A stretch of 63,889 nt of DNA, filler included, from Acidimicrobiia bacterium (lineage in GTDB: Bacteria > Actinomycetota > Acidimicrobiia > Spongiisociales > SHLN01): assembly GCA_041619515.1 (NCBI GenBank). It is 3 parts of 3 records of this genome, joined end to end, with 100 filler letters (N's around TTAATTAATTAA, not from the genome) between each part and the next. Parts side by side here need not be neighbours in the genome. Positions count along the whole stretch, not along the records: positions 28,182 to 56,010 come from JBFKDW010000038.1; 2 more parts are not named here. The stretch is one strand, 5' to 3'. Under the pieces are notes generated by a model that was given only the letters and a program-made list of their open reading frames with translations, did not search any database and was not told where the DNA came from. Position numbers and translations under genes: made by a program. Of the stretch, positions 29,436-42,284 are shown piece after piece (within the stretch, counting starts at the first letter, position 1; each line of letters begins with the position of its first letter).

Positions 29436-30244
29436 AGCCTCCGGCGACCGACCTGCCCGCCCACGAGGCTCGTCGGTTGTTGCAGCTGGCCACCGGCCTC
29501 GACGCCGCCGGGGTCGGCATGCTCACCCGCCTCGACCCCGACCAGGACGCCCGCTTCGCCGAGCTGGCCGCCCGCCGGCTCGCCGGAGAGCCACTCCAGT
29601 ATCTCGAGGGCAGCGTTCAGTTCGGCCCGGTGGCGCTGACGGTGGACGGCCGGGCCCTCATACCGAGGCCGGAAACCGAGCTGATGTGGGAGAAAGCGGT
29701 GGCTGCTCTCGGCACCGCCGGCGAGCACACCGTGATCGTAGATATGGGAACCGGCAGCGGCGCCCTCGCCCTCGCTCTCAAGCACGAGTACCCGGCCGCC
29801 CGCGTGTATGCCACCGACATCGATCCGGAAGCTCTGGCATTGGCTCGCGAGAACCTCGAACCGGCCGGAGTGACGGTGCTGGCAGGGGACCTGTTCGAGG
29901 CGCTTCCCTTCGGCATGCGGGGGAACATCGACCTGCTGGTGTCCAACCCGCCCTACGTGGCCGAAGGTGACGACCTTCCCGATGAGGTGCGCAACCACGA
30001 GCCCGCTCGGGCGCTGTTTGCCGGTCCCAGGGGAGACGAGGTCCTGACCCGCCTCGCTTCCCAAGCGTTCCTATGGGTGCGGCCCGGGGGCTGGTTGTTC
30101 GTCGAAATCGGAGAGACACAGCGTGAGCGGGCACTCGAGCTGTTCGGCGATTTCCAGTGCGTTGTGCATGAAGACCTGGCCGGCCGCCCCCGCATCCTGG
30201 CCGGATTCCGAGGCGCCACCAGCTGTGTCGAAGGCAGCCGCTGA
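29432..30244 (+). CDS. prmC: Release factor glutamine methyltransferase
   Basis: GEPLQY, LIPRPETE, DMGTGSG and NPPY. Confidence 0.95.
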   Translation: MKPPATDLPAHEARRLLQLATGLDAAGVGMLTRLDPDQDARFAELAARRLAGEPLQYLEGSVQFGPVALTVDGRALIPRPETELMWEKAVAALGTAGEHTVIVDMGTGSGALALALKHEYPAARVYATDIDPEALALARENLEPAGVTVLAGDLFEALPFGMRGNIDLLVSNPPYVAEGDDLPDEVRNHEPARALFAGPRGDEVLTRLASQAFLWVRPGGWLFVEIGETQRERALELFGDFQCVVHEDLAGRPRILAGFRGATSCVEGSR

Positions 30245-30316
30245 CGCCGGCTCAACCCGCCACCCGGCGCCGGGACCGCCATGCTCCCAACCACCCGCAC
30301 CCGGTAACCTTCCCGC

Positions 30317-30889
30317 ATGCACCCATTCACGGTCCTCGAGGCGGTGGTGGCGCTCAATGCGGGACGGCTGGTCGGCGTCCCCACCGACACGGTGTACGGC
30401 ATCGCCGCCGACCCCTGGTCGGAAACCGGGATGAACGCTCTGTTCGACCTGAAAGGCCGGGGGCCCGAGCATCCGGTTGCCCTGCTCGTCGCCGATCTCG
30501 AGCAGGCGCGCGAGCTGTGCGTCATCAGCGAGCGGGCTCGGACGCTGGCGGCGAGGCATTGGCCGGGGCCCCTCACACTGGTGCTGCACGCCGCCCGTGA
30601 CCTTCCTGCCTGGATCGGCGACCAGGCCCGGGGAACCGTCGGGGTACGGGTGCCCCAGCACCTCGTAGCGCTCGAGTTGCTTGAGCGGGCCGGAACACTG
30701 GCGGTCAGCTCGGCCAACAGGTCGGGCGAGGAGCCGGCGGTGAGCCACGAGGAAGCCGAGAGCATCTTCGGCGCCGCCGTCATCGGATACCTCCGGGGGA
30801 AAGGAAGCTCCGGGCAAGCTTCGACGGTGCTCGATCTCACCGTCGATCCGCCGGCCGTGCTGCGGGCCGGGCCGGTGGTGATCGACTGA
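30317..30889 (+). CDS. tsaC: Threonylcarbamoyl-AMP synthase (Sua5/YrdC)
   Basis: PTDTVYGI, LKGR, WPGPLT and SSANRSG. Confidence 0.93.
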   Translation: MHPFTVLEAVVALNAGRLVGVPTDTVYGIAADPWSETGMNALFDLKGRGPEHPVALLVADLEQARELCVISERARTLAARHWPGPLTLVLHAARDLPAWIGDQARGTVGVRVPQHLVALELLERAGTLAVSSANRSGEEPAVSHEEAESIFGAAVIGYLRGKGSSGQASTVLDLTVDPPAVLRAGPVVID

Positions 30890-30948
30890 CCCGCCGGGAA
30901 GCTCGCGTCTCGGCTCACCGGCCGGTATGGTTGCGGTAGGAGGGCCCG

Positions 30949-31365
30949 ATGAAGGTAGCGGAAAGCCCTGAGGGCGTTGCGCGGCTCGTCGGCGATGTGC
31001 CCGCAACGCCCGAGGACGTGTATCGGCATTTCACCGATCCCGATCTCCTCGTCCAATGGTGGTCGGAGGCGGCTACCGTCGACCACCGATCCGGCCGGTA
31101 CGAGTTGTCCTGGCCCAGCCGCGACATGCGGTTGCTCGGCGAGTACCTCGTGAAGGAACCCGGACGACGCCTTGCCTTCACGTGGGCATTTGCCCACGAA
31201 TCGTTTCAACCGAGGACCGTCGACGTCCAGCTCTCGGCAGCCGAGGGCGGCACACGCCTCGTCATCGAGCACACGCACGGACCCGATCCGGATGAGCGCC
31301 AGGGATACATCGACGGCTGGAAGGCCTACATCGAGCGCCTGCGGGAGGTCGTCGCGCAGGTGTGA
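30949..31365 (+). CDS. SRPBCC/AHSA1-like protein
   Basis: VYRHFTDPDLLVQWW, RRLAFTW, GGTRLVIEH and GW. Confidence 0.8.
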   Translation: MKVAESPEGVARLVGDVPATPEDVYRHFTDPDLLVQWWSEAATVDHRSGRYELSWPSRDMRLLGEYLVKEPGRRLAFTWAFAHESFQPRTVDVQLSAAEGGTRLVIEHTHGPDPDERQGYIDGWKAYIERLREVVAQV

Positions 31366-31419
31366 TCGGCGGACCGCGCCGGCACGGCACTAGCCTGGCC
31401 ACGTCGAAGGAGCGCTCAC

Positions 31420-32691
31420 ATGACCGACCCCCGTTCTATTGCCGACGTCGATCCGACGGTCGCCGGCCTCATCCAGTCAGAGCTCGGCCGCCAGGCATCC
31501 GGCATCCAGCTGATCGCCTCGGAGAACTTCGCTTCTCGCGCCGTGATGGAGGCGAGCGGTTCGGTGTTCACCAACAAGTACGCCGAGGGCTACCCGGGTC
31601 GCCGCTACTACGAGGGGTGTGAGTTCACCGACGAGGTCGAACAGCTCGCCATCGACCGGGCCAAGGAGCTGTTTGCGGCTGCTCACGCCAATGTGCAGCC
31701 GCACTCGGGCAGCCAGGCCAACATGGCGGCCTACTTCGCAGTGCTGGAAGCCGGCGACACGATCATGGGCATGTCGCTCGACCAGGGAGGCCATCTCACG
31801 CACGGCTCCCGGGTCAGCTTTTCGGGACTGCTGTTCGATTTCGTCTCCTACGGCCTCAACCCCGAGACCGAGCTCATCGAAATGGACGAGGTCAGGCGCC
31901 TCGCCCACGAGCACCGACCCAGGATGATCGTGGCCGGGTACTCGGCATACTCCCGCCACCTCGATTACGAGGCATTCCGGTCGATCGCCGACGAGATCGG
32001 CGCCATTCTCCTCGTCGATGCCGCCCATTTCATCGGCCTGGTGGCGGGGCGCGCCATGCCCAATCCGATGGAATTTGCCGACATCGTCACCGCCACCACC
32101 CACAAGGCCATGCGCGGTGCCCGGGGCGGGCTCATCCTCTCCACCGAAGAGCACGCCAAGGCGATCGACAAGGCCGTCTTCCCCGGCTTTCAGGGTGGGG
32201 CGATCTTCAGCCAGATTGCCGGAAAGGCGGTGGCCTTCCACGAAGCCATGACCGATGAATACCGCGAGTACGCGGCCCAAATCATCCGCAACGCCCAGGC
32301 ACTGGCCGCAACGCTGCACGCCGGCGGCCTGCGCGTCGTGTCGGGGGGCACCGACAACCACCTCATCTTGCTCGACCTGCGCAGCCTCGACGAGGAATTG
32401 ACCGGCAAGGAAGCTGCGGTGGTGCTCGATGAAGTCGGGATCACCCTCAACCGCAACGCCATCCCAAACGATCCCAGGCCACCGTTCGTGACCAGCGGCC
32501 TCCGCATCGGCACCCCGTCGGTGACGACTTGCGGGATGCGTGAAGGGGAGATGGAGAGAATCGGCAGCCTCATTCTCGAAACGCTCACCAAGCGCGACGA
32601 CGCGGTCGCTCTCAAAGAGATGGCCGACGGTGTCGCCGAGCTGGTGGCGGCGTTCCCGCCCTACCCGGCAGACTTCCCGGGCCACGTATGA
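31420..32691 (+). CDS. glyA: Serine hydroxymethyltransferase
   Basis: [27 protein letters not shown] (PLP lysine) and SGGTDNH. Confidence 0.97.
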   Translation: MTDPRSIADVDPTVAGLIQSELGRQASGIQLIASENFASRAVMEASGSVFTNKYAEGYPGRRYYEGCEFTDEVEQLAIDRAKELFAAAHANVQPHSGSQANMAAYFAVLEAGDTIMGMSLDQGGHLTHGSRVSFSGLLFDFVSYGLNPETELIEMDEVRRLAHEHRPRMIVAGYSAYSRHLDYEAFRSIADEIGAILLVDAAHFIGLVAGRAMPNPMEFADIVTATTHKAMRGARGGLILSTEEHAKAIDKAVFPGFQGGAIFSQIAGKAVAFHEAMTDEYREYAAQIIRNAQALAATLHAGGLRVVSGGTDNHLILLDLRSLDEELTGKEAAVVLDEVGITLNRNAIPNDPRPPFVTSGLRIGTPSVTTCGMREGEMERIGSLILETLTKRDDAVALKEMADGVAELVAAFPPYPADFPGHV

Positions 32692-32716
32692 GCCGGAGAC
32701 CTCGGCCGTGAGCTCG

Positions 32717-32899
32717 ATGGGCCGGGACTTCATCGCCGGTGGCGACTTCTTCGGCGCCATCATGGCGGGGTTCCTGCTCGGGCTGGGTGGAGACTATCTG
32801 TTCGGGACCCGGCCCGTTTTCGTCGTCGGCGGAATCATCGCAGGCTCCATCACCGGCTTCTACGTGATGTTCCGTCATCTGAGGGATGCCGATGGATAG
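32717..32899 (+). CDS. AtpZ/AtpI-family (gene 1) small membrane protein
   Basis: Two TMs with a GLGGDYLFGTRP turn, first gene of the atp operon. GTG 32708 is an alternative start. Confidence 0.75.
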   Translation: MGRDFIAGGDFFGAIMAGFLLGLGGDYLFGTRPVFVVGGIIAGSITGFYVMFRHLRDADG

Positions 32900-33323
32900 C
32901 CACCCGGCGGCCACCGCCGCTCCGGGTTCCGTCGACGTCGAAGCAATCCTCGCCCGCCATGTTGCCCGGCGGGCCGTGTGGGTGGCGCCGGTCTTGATTG
33001 GCCTGTTCGGAGTGCTGCGAGGGGTGGACGGGGCGGTGGCATCGGCGATCGGGGCCGCCGTCGTCGTCGGGAATTTCTTGCTGTCGGGCTGGATGTTGTC
33101 GGTGGCCGCTCGCATCAGCCTGGCTCTTTACCATGCCGCAGCGCTGTTTGGTTTCTTCCTCAGGCTGATTTTGATTACCGTATCGCTGCTCGTGCTGGGT
33201 AGCCTCACCGGGCTCGATCGTTTGGCTTTGGGGCTTTCGGTGGTGGCCGCTTATCTGGTTCTGCTGACCTGGGAGGCGGTGGCGGTGGCCCGCGGCGAAG
33301 AAAAGGAGTTGGATTGGAGCTAG
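32886..33323 (+). CDS. atpI: ATP synthase protein I
   Basis: Four TMs, GNF and FFLR motifs, directly upstream of atpB. Confidence 0.75.
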   Translation: MPMDSHPAATAAPGSVDVEAILARHVARRAVWVAPVLIGLFGVLRGVDGAVASAIGAAVVVGNFLLSGWMLSVAARISLALYHAAALFGFFLRLILITVSLLVLGSLTGLDRLALGLSVVAAYLVLLTWEAVAVARGEEKELDWS

Positions 33324-34126
33324 AGATACTCGCGTTCCCGTGCGACACGCAAACCGACGTGGTCTGCACACCTCCCTTCGTCAACGAGCTGTTCGAAACC
33401 CCTGATGTGTTCACGATCTTTGGCGTTGGCGTCAACCGGGCGATGCTGCTCATGTTCGTCGCAGCGTTCGTGGTGATAGCACTCCTCTACTTCGCCCTCC
33501 GCAAGCGGGCTGTGGTCCCCAGCAAGTTCGGAACTGCCGTCGAGAGCCTGCTGACCCTGGTCAAGGATGAGATCGCTACCGGCATCATCGGTCCGCAGGG
33601 CGCCAAATACGCTCCCTACCTCATCTCGATCTTCCTGTTCATTCTCGTCGGCAACCTGATGGAGATCACTCCGTTCATCAACTTCCCGATCACTTCGCGC
33701 ATGGCGCTGCCCGCCTTTCTCGCCATCCTCACCTGGGTGATCTTCGTGTTCGCCGGGTTCAAAGAGCAGGGCCTCGGCTACCTCGGGCACATCGTGTGGC
33801 CCAAAGATGTTCCGATCGCCCTGCGCTGGCTGGTGGGGATCATCGAGTTCGTGTCGATCTTCCTGGTACGTCCGTTCAGCCTGGCGGTCCGGCTCTTCGC
33901 CAACCTCGTGGCCGGCCACGTCATGTTGACCCTGTTGCTGGTCACCGGCTACGTGTACGTCGTCGGGTTCTCGAACGCTACGTTCAACGGACTGTTCGGG
34001 GCCCTCTGGTGGGTGCTGGCCCTGGCCATCTTCTTGTTCGAGGTTGTCGTGTCCATCTTGCAGGCCTACATCTTCACGCTGCTATCGGCCGTGTACATCC
34101 AAACGTCGGTTCACCCCGAGCACTGA
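33314..34126 (+). CDS. atpB: ATP synthase Fo subunit a
   Basis: RPFSLAVRLFANLVAGH and LQAYIFTLL. Confidence 0.95.
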   Translation: MELEILAFPCDTQTDVVCTPPFVNELFETPDVFTIFGVGVNRAMLLMFVAAFVVIALLYFALRKRAVVPSKFGTAVESLLTLVKDEIATGIIGPQGAKYAPYLISIFLFILVGNLMEITPFINFPITSRMALPAFLAILTWVIFVFAGFKEQGLGYLGHIVWPKDVPIALRWLVGIIEFVSIFLVRPFSLAVRLFANLVAGHVMLTLLLVTGYVYVVGFSNATFNGLFGALWWVLALAIFLFEVVVSILQAYIFTLLSAVYIQTSVHPEH

Positions 34127-34144
34127 TTCTCAAGGAGGAGATGA

Positions 34145-34366
<222 letters not shown>

Positions 34367-34378
34367 GGGAACGGGACC

Positions 34379-34933
34379 ATGTTGCGTTTCGCTGCGGCCA
34401 TCCAGATCCTCGCCGCCGAGGAGGAGCCCGAAGGCATCGACCTGATCCTCCCGGAGACCAAGGAGCTCATTGCAGGCATCATCGCCTTCGCGATCGTCTT
34501 CTTGTTCGTTCGGCTGTGGGCTTGGCCCGCCCTCCAGGAGATGCTCGAGAACCGACGGCAGGCCATCACGGGACAGCTCGAAGATGCCGAACGCGTCAAG
34601 CGGGAGGCGGAGAGTCTCCTGGCCGACTACCAGGCGCAGGTCGCCGGCGCCAAGCACGAAGCAAACGAGATCATCGACGAGGCTCGAACCACCGCCGACA
34701 GCATGAAGAACGAGATCGTGGCCAGAGCCGAGGCCGAGGCTGCCTCCGTCATGGAGAAAGCGCGGGCCGACGTGAACGCCGAGCGGCTGCGGGCAGCGGC
34801 CGCCCTGCAAAGCGACGTTGCCGACCTGTCGCTCGACATGGCTGAGAAGGTCGTCGCCGGGTCCATCGATCGCGACGCCCAGCGGGCGCTCGTGGAGCGC
34901 TACCTGGAAGAACTGGGAGGGCTCAACAACTAA
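34379..34933 (+). CDS. atpF: ATP synthase Fo subunit b
   Basis: N-terminal TM, WP..R motif and a long coiled coil. Operon position. Confidence 0.93.
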   Translation: MLRFAAAIQILAAEEEPEGIDLILPETKELIAGIIAFAIVFLFVRLWAWPALQEMLENRRQAITGQLEDAERVKREAESLLADYQAQVAGAKHEANEIIDEARTTADSMKNEIVARAEAEAASVMEKARADVNAERLRAAAALQSDVADLSLDMAEKVVAGSIDRDAQRALVERYLEELGGLNN

Positions 34934-35470
34934 GTGGCCACTGAAGACCAGATCGACGGTTACGCCGCGGCGATTCTCGAGTTTGCCAAGGCCGAAGGCC
35001 AGCTCGAGACCGTGGGGGACGAGCTGTTTCAGGTTGCGCGCACGTTCGAGTCCTCTGCCGAGCTGCGCGATTCACTCACCGACCCCCGGCTCCCGATCGA
35101 GCGCAAGCAGGCCATCATCTCCGACCTGCTCGGCACGCGGGCTTCGGCGCTTTCGGTGAATCTCATCAACTTCGTGATCGGCGTTGGCAAAGCCAGGGAC
35201 CTCTCGGCGATCGCCGATCGCCTCGTTACCAAGGCGGCAAGCGCCCGCAATCGGGCGATCGCAGAAGTCCGGTCGGCGGTCGAGCTGGATGCCGACACGG
35301 TTCGCCGCCTCGAGGAGCGCCTGGGTGCCGCCACCGGCAAGACGGTGGAAGCCAAAGTGGTGGTCGATCCCTCGATACTCGGCGGCATCGTCGCCCGGGT
35401 GGGGGATGTCGTCATCGACGGCTCCGTCAAGGGCCGCCTGCAAGATCTACGCGAGGAATTCGGAGCTTAA
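34934..35470 (+). CDS. atpH: ATP synthase F1 subunit delta
   Basis: YAAAI...[22 protein letters not shown]. Confidence 0.95.
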   Translation: MATEDQIDGYAAAILEFAKAEGQLETVGDELFQVARTFESSAELRDSLTDPRLPIERKQAIISDLLGTRASALSVNLINFVIGVGKARDLSAIADRLVTKAASARNRAIAEVRSAVELDADTVRRLEERLGAATGKTVEAKVVVDPSILGGIVARVGDVVIDGSVKGRLQDLREEFGA

Positions 35471-35474
35471 GAAC

Positions 35475-36989
<1,515 letters not shown>

Positions 36990-36995
36990 CACCCG

Positions 36996-39306
<2,311 letters not shown>

Positions 39307-39307
<1 letters not shown>

Positions 39308-39651
39308 TGGCAGAGAGCTTCCAGGTCGACGTGGTCTCCCCGGAGGCGGTGGTGTGGTCTGGCGAGGCCGAGCTGGTCACCGCCCGAACGACGGAGGGTG
39401 ACATCGGGATCATGGCCGGCCACGAGCCCACCATGGCGGCCCTCGCCACCGGCTCAGCAGAGATCCACGCAGGCTCGGAAACGGTCACCGTTGCCGTGCA
39501 CGGCGGGTTTCTTCAGATCTTTCGCAACCAGGTCACCCTGCTGTCGGACCGGGCCGAGATAGTCGAGGGCGACGCAGAGGCCGCCCGGGCGCAGGCGCAG
39601 GAGCTGCGTCTGGCCGAGGAGGCCGCTGAAGAGGACACCGCTCAGTCGTAG
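39307..39651 (+). CDS. atpC: ATP synthase F1 subunit epsilon (short C-terminus)
   Basis: VVSPE, GDIGIMAGHEP and HGGFL. Confidence 0.95.
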
Positions 39652-39818
39652 TAGCGGGTGGCGTTGCCGGCTTGCAGCTCGGTCCAGTTACGGGGCATCT
39701 GCAACTGGCTCTCTTCTACCCATCCGCGCCGGGGGGTGCGCATGGCGGATGCGGTCACGAAGACGACCAGCATCCAGAGGGCGCCGAGTCCGAAGGCCAG
39801 AACATGCGTCCAATTCAT
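39642..39818 (-). CDS. Small single-TM hypothetical protein (58 aa)
   Basis: MNWTHVLAFGLGALWMLVVFVTASA TM followed by a polar tail. Purine-rich AGAAAG upstream. Confidence 0.55.
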   Translation of the reverse strand: MNWTHVLAFGLGALWMLVVFVTASAMRTPRRGWVEESQLQMPRNWTELQAGNATRYYD

Positions 39819-39972
39819 GGTCCACTTTCTGTTCGCTATGTAGTGGCGAGCTCCGCGCCCTCCCGCCGTAGTGGCGAGGTTAAACGGGATTCTTCGGCGA
39901 GGCGAACGATTTTCGCGTTCCTGTGGTGGCGGTAGCCACAATCAGCGTTTTGACCGTCCGGTTGCCTGGACC

Positions 39973-41187
39973 TCAACCGAGGTCGGCGTCGGTCACGAAG
40001 AGGTTGCGCATCGCGGGATCGCATCGGCTGAGGGTGCCCCGGAAGGCGTACCGCCTGCCGATCTCGAGCCGGTCCTCGGTGCCGTGCGGAAGCCGCACGA
40101 TGGCATCGACGTCGCGCCCTGAGTAGAGATCGGTCCCGAGGACGGCGACCCGAAACACGGCCTTGACCCCCGGCCCTTCCCCGAAGTCACGATCGTGGTC
40201 GAATCGTCTCAGCCGCTTCAACTCGCCCGACCAGGACACCGCCTTCCCCTCGTACTCGTTCTCGAATATCTCCATCGTGTCGAAGCTGTAGTTCTCCTTG
40301 CGGAACAAGTGCTCGGCCACCGCAGCAGCATCTTCGTTTGGCTCCCCGGCGCCCGGGACGGCCGGTGCCGGAGCAGCGCGATCCCGTGCCCAGCGAGCGA
40401 TCTCGGGGTCGGCCGGGGCCTGCCGCCTCAACTCGTCGAAGACCTCCTTGGCACCGTCGGCGTCGCCGCGGGCATAGCGGATCTCGCCCACCTGTTGCTT
40501 GCGGGAGAAGTCGATGAACGGATCACCGCTCGGCGGCGCTCCTTCCAGGATCTCGAGGGCCTCGGTCACATCGCCCTCGAGCCGGCGGCTGCCGGCCTGC
40601 TCGGCGTAGCGGTCGACGCCGCGCAGCTCCTGGGCGACGGCCATGATGCGGCGGAGGGTCGAAGTGAGCTCCGCTGGGTCGGCGACGATGCCATTGCGTA
40701 GATAGGTGATGACGGTGTCGGTTATGACCGTGCCCGGGTAGTTCTCGATCAGGCCGGTGATGGCGACCCGCCGGGAAGGCGTGAGGAATGCCGTGACCTG
40801 TTCGGGGTAGTCGCCCTTCACGATGAGGGCCTCGTCGAACACCGGGTCGCCGATTTCGATGTCCTGAAACCCGAAGAAGGTTCCCAGGCGCGCCAGGGCA
40901 TGCTGGCGCTTGGCCTGGAGGCCGAGCCCCAGCGACGGGTACCCCACCCGGTAGCGGGTGTATGTCCTGTCGTTGGACCGGTATGTGTCGATCGTCACTC
41001 TCAGGCCGGAGATCATCCCGGACATCGAAGCGCGGTTGGTGAGCCCTCCGAGGCCCCCGGTGGGCTTGAGGGTGATGCCGAGCTCCTGGGCGGCAGCCGC
41101 CCACGCCTCGTTGGTCTGGCGGTGACGCGAGAGCGCAGCGGCGATGGCGGCGCCGGCGATTGCGATGAAGGCGAACGGAAAGAGCAC
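39973..41187 (-). CDS. Membrane-anchored hypothetical protein with TPR-like segment
   Basis: N-terminal TM, coding-like codon use, TAGTCT 6 nt before GTG, and a TPR-like GEIRYARGDADGAKEVF segment. Confidence 0.7.
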   Translation of the reverse strand: MLFPFAFIAIAGAAIAAALSRHRQTNEAWAAAAQELGITLKPTGGLGGLTNRASMSGMISGLRVTIDTYRSNDRTYTRYRVGYPSLGLGLQAKRQHALARLGTFFGFQDIEIGDPVFDEALIVKGDYPEQVTAFLTPSRRVAITGLIENYPGTVITDTVITYLRNGIVADPAELTSTLRRIMAVAQELRGVDRYAEQAGSRRLEGDVTEALEILEGAPPSGDPFIDFSRKQQVGEIRYARGDADGAKEVFDELRRQAPADPEIARWARDRAAPAPAVPGAGEPNEDAAAVAEHLFRKENYSFDTMEIFENEYEGKAVSWSGELKRLRRFDHDRDFGEGPGVKAVFRVAVLGTDLYSGRDVDAIVRLPHGTEDRLEIGRRYAFRGTLSRCDPAMRNLFVTDADLG

Positions 41188-41278
41188 CTGGGCAGACTAA
41201 TTCGCTCTCGCCGGGCCGTAGCTCGGCGCCGCCCGCGTCGGACGATGGGCTCCTTGCCGAGGAGTGGTCGATCGGCTC

Positions 41279-42283
41279 CTAGCCGACCGTCCAGGTGCCG
41301 TTGCTGCCGAGGACCGAGGCAAGATCACCCGGGCCCTTGGCTTCGGTGGCCGCTGCCAGCTGCTCGTTGAGAGCCCGCTCGTAGACGGGCCGCGCCACGG
41401 TCCGGAAGATGCCGATCGGCGTGGGGCCGTGCGGCCCGTGGGCCAGCCGGCTGAGCGCGAACGCGGTCGACGAGTCTTCGAGCGTGGCGTCGTGAGTGTG
41501 GACGATGTCCTCGCCGTACTTGTCCACGTCGACGATGAACGCTCGCCCTTCCTCGAGAGCCACACCCTTGCGGCCGCCGTCGAAGAGCACCTTCTCGCCC
41601 TGCACGAGCCGGATCTGATTGCTGTCCCGCGTGTCCTTGGCGGTCAGCTCCTGGAACGCCTTGTCGTTGAAGACGTTGCAGTTCTGGTAGATCTCGATGA
41701 GCGCCGAGCCCTGGTGCTTGTGGGCGGCCGTCAACATCTCGATGGTGTGGTTGCGATCCATGTCGAGTGTCCGGGCCACGAAGGTCGCCTCGGCGCCGAG
41801 CGCCAGGCTGATGGGGTTGAACGGATAGTCGATGGAGCCCATCGGGCTGGACTTCGTGCGCTTGCCGGCCTCGCTGGTTGGGGAGTACTGGCCTTTGGTG
41901 AGCCCGTATATCTGGTTGTTGAACAGGAGGATCTTGACGTTCAGGTTGCGGCGCAGCGCATGGATGAGATGGTTGCCTCCGATGGAGAGCGCGTCGCCAT
42001 CGCCGCTCACCACCCACACCGAGAGCTCCGGGCGAGCCGCCGCCACGCCGGAGGCGACGGCCGGTGCCCGCCCGTGGATGCTGTGGATCCCGTAGGTCTC
42101 CATGTAGTAGGGGAAACGAGCGGCGCATCCGATGCCGGACACGAACACGACGTCCTCCTTTGAGATTCCGGCCTCTGCCATGAATGTTTGGACGGAGGCG
42201 AGGATGGTGTAGTCGCCGCATCCGGGGCACCAGCGTACTTCCTGGTCGGACTGGAAATCCTGGCGGGTGTAGGTCGATGTCAT
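41279..42283 (-). CDS. korB: 2-oxoacid:ferredoxin oxidoreductase beta subunit
   Basis: WCPGCGD, SGIGC, GDGDALSIGGNH and NNQIYGLTKGQ. Confidence 0.95.
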   Translation of the reverse strand: MTSTYTRQDFQSDQEVRWCPGCGDYTILASVQTFMAEAGISKEDVVFVSGIGCAARFPYYMETYGIHSIHGRAPAVASGVAAARPELSVWVVSGDGDALSIGGNHLIHALRRNLNVKILLFNNQIYGLTKGQYSPTSEAGKRTKSSPMGSIDYPFNPISLALGAEATFVARTLDMDRNHTIEMLTAAHKHQGSALIEIYQNCNVFNDKAFQELTAKDTRDSNQIRLVQGEKVLFDGGRKGVALEEGRAFIVDVDKYGEDIVHTHDATLEDSSTAFALSRLAHGPHGPTPIGIFRTVARPVYERALNEQLAAATEAKGPGDLASVLGSNGTWTVG

Positions 42284-42284
42284 G

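Noticed and set aside
39835..39880. Tandem NrdR boxes or a guanidine-II riboswitch
   Set aside because: Only the TAGTGG half matches NrdR, the spacing is 28 bp and no nrd gene is adjacent. The loops are ACTAC, not ACGR.
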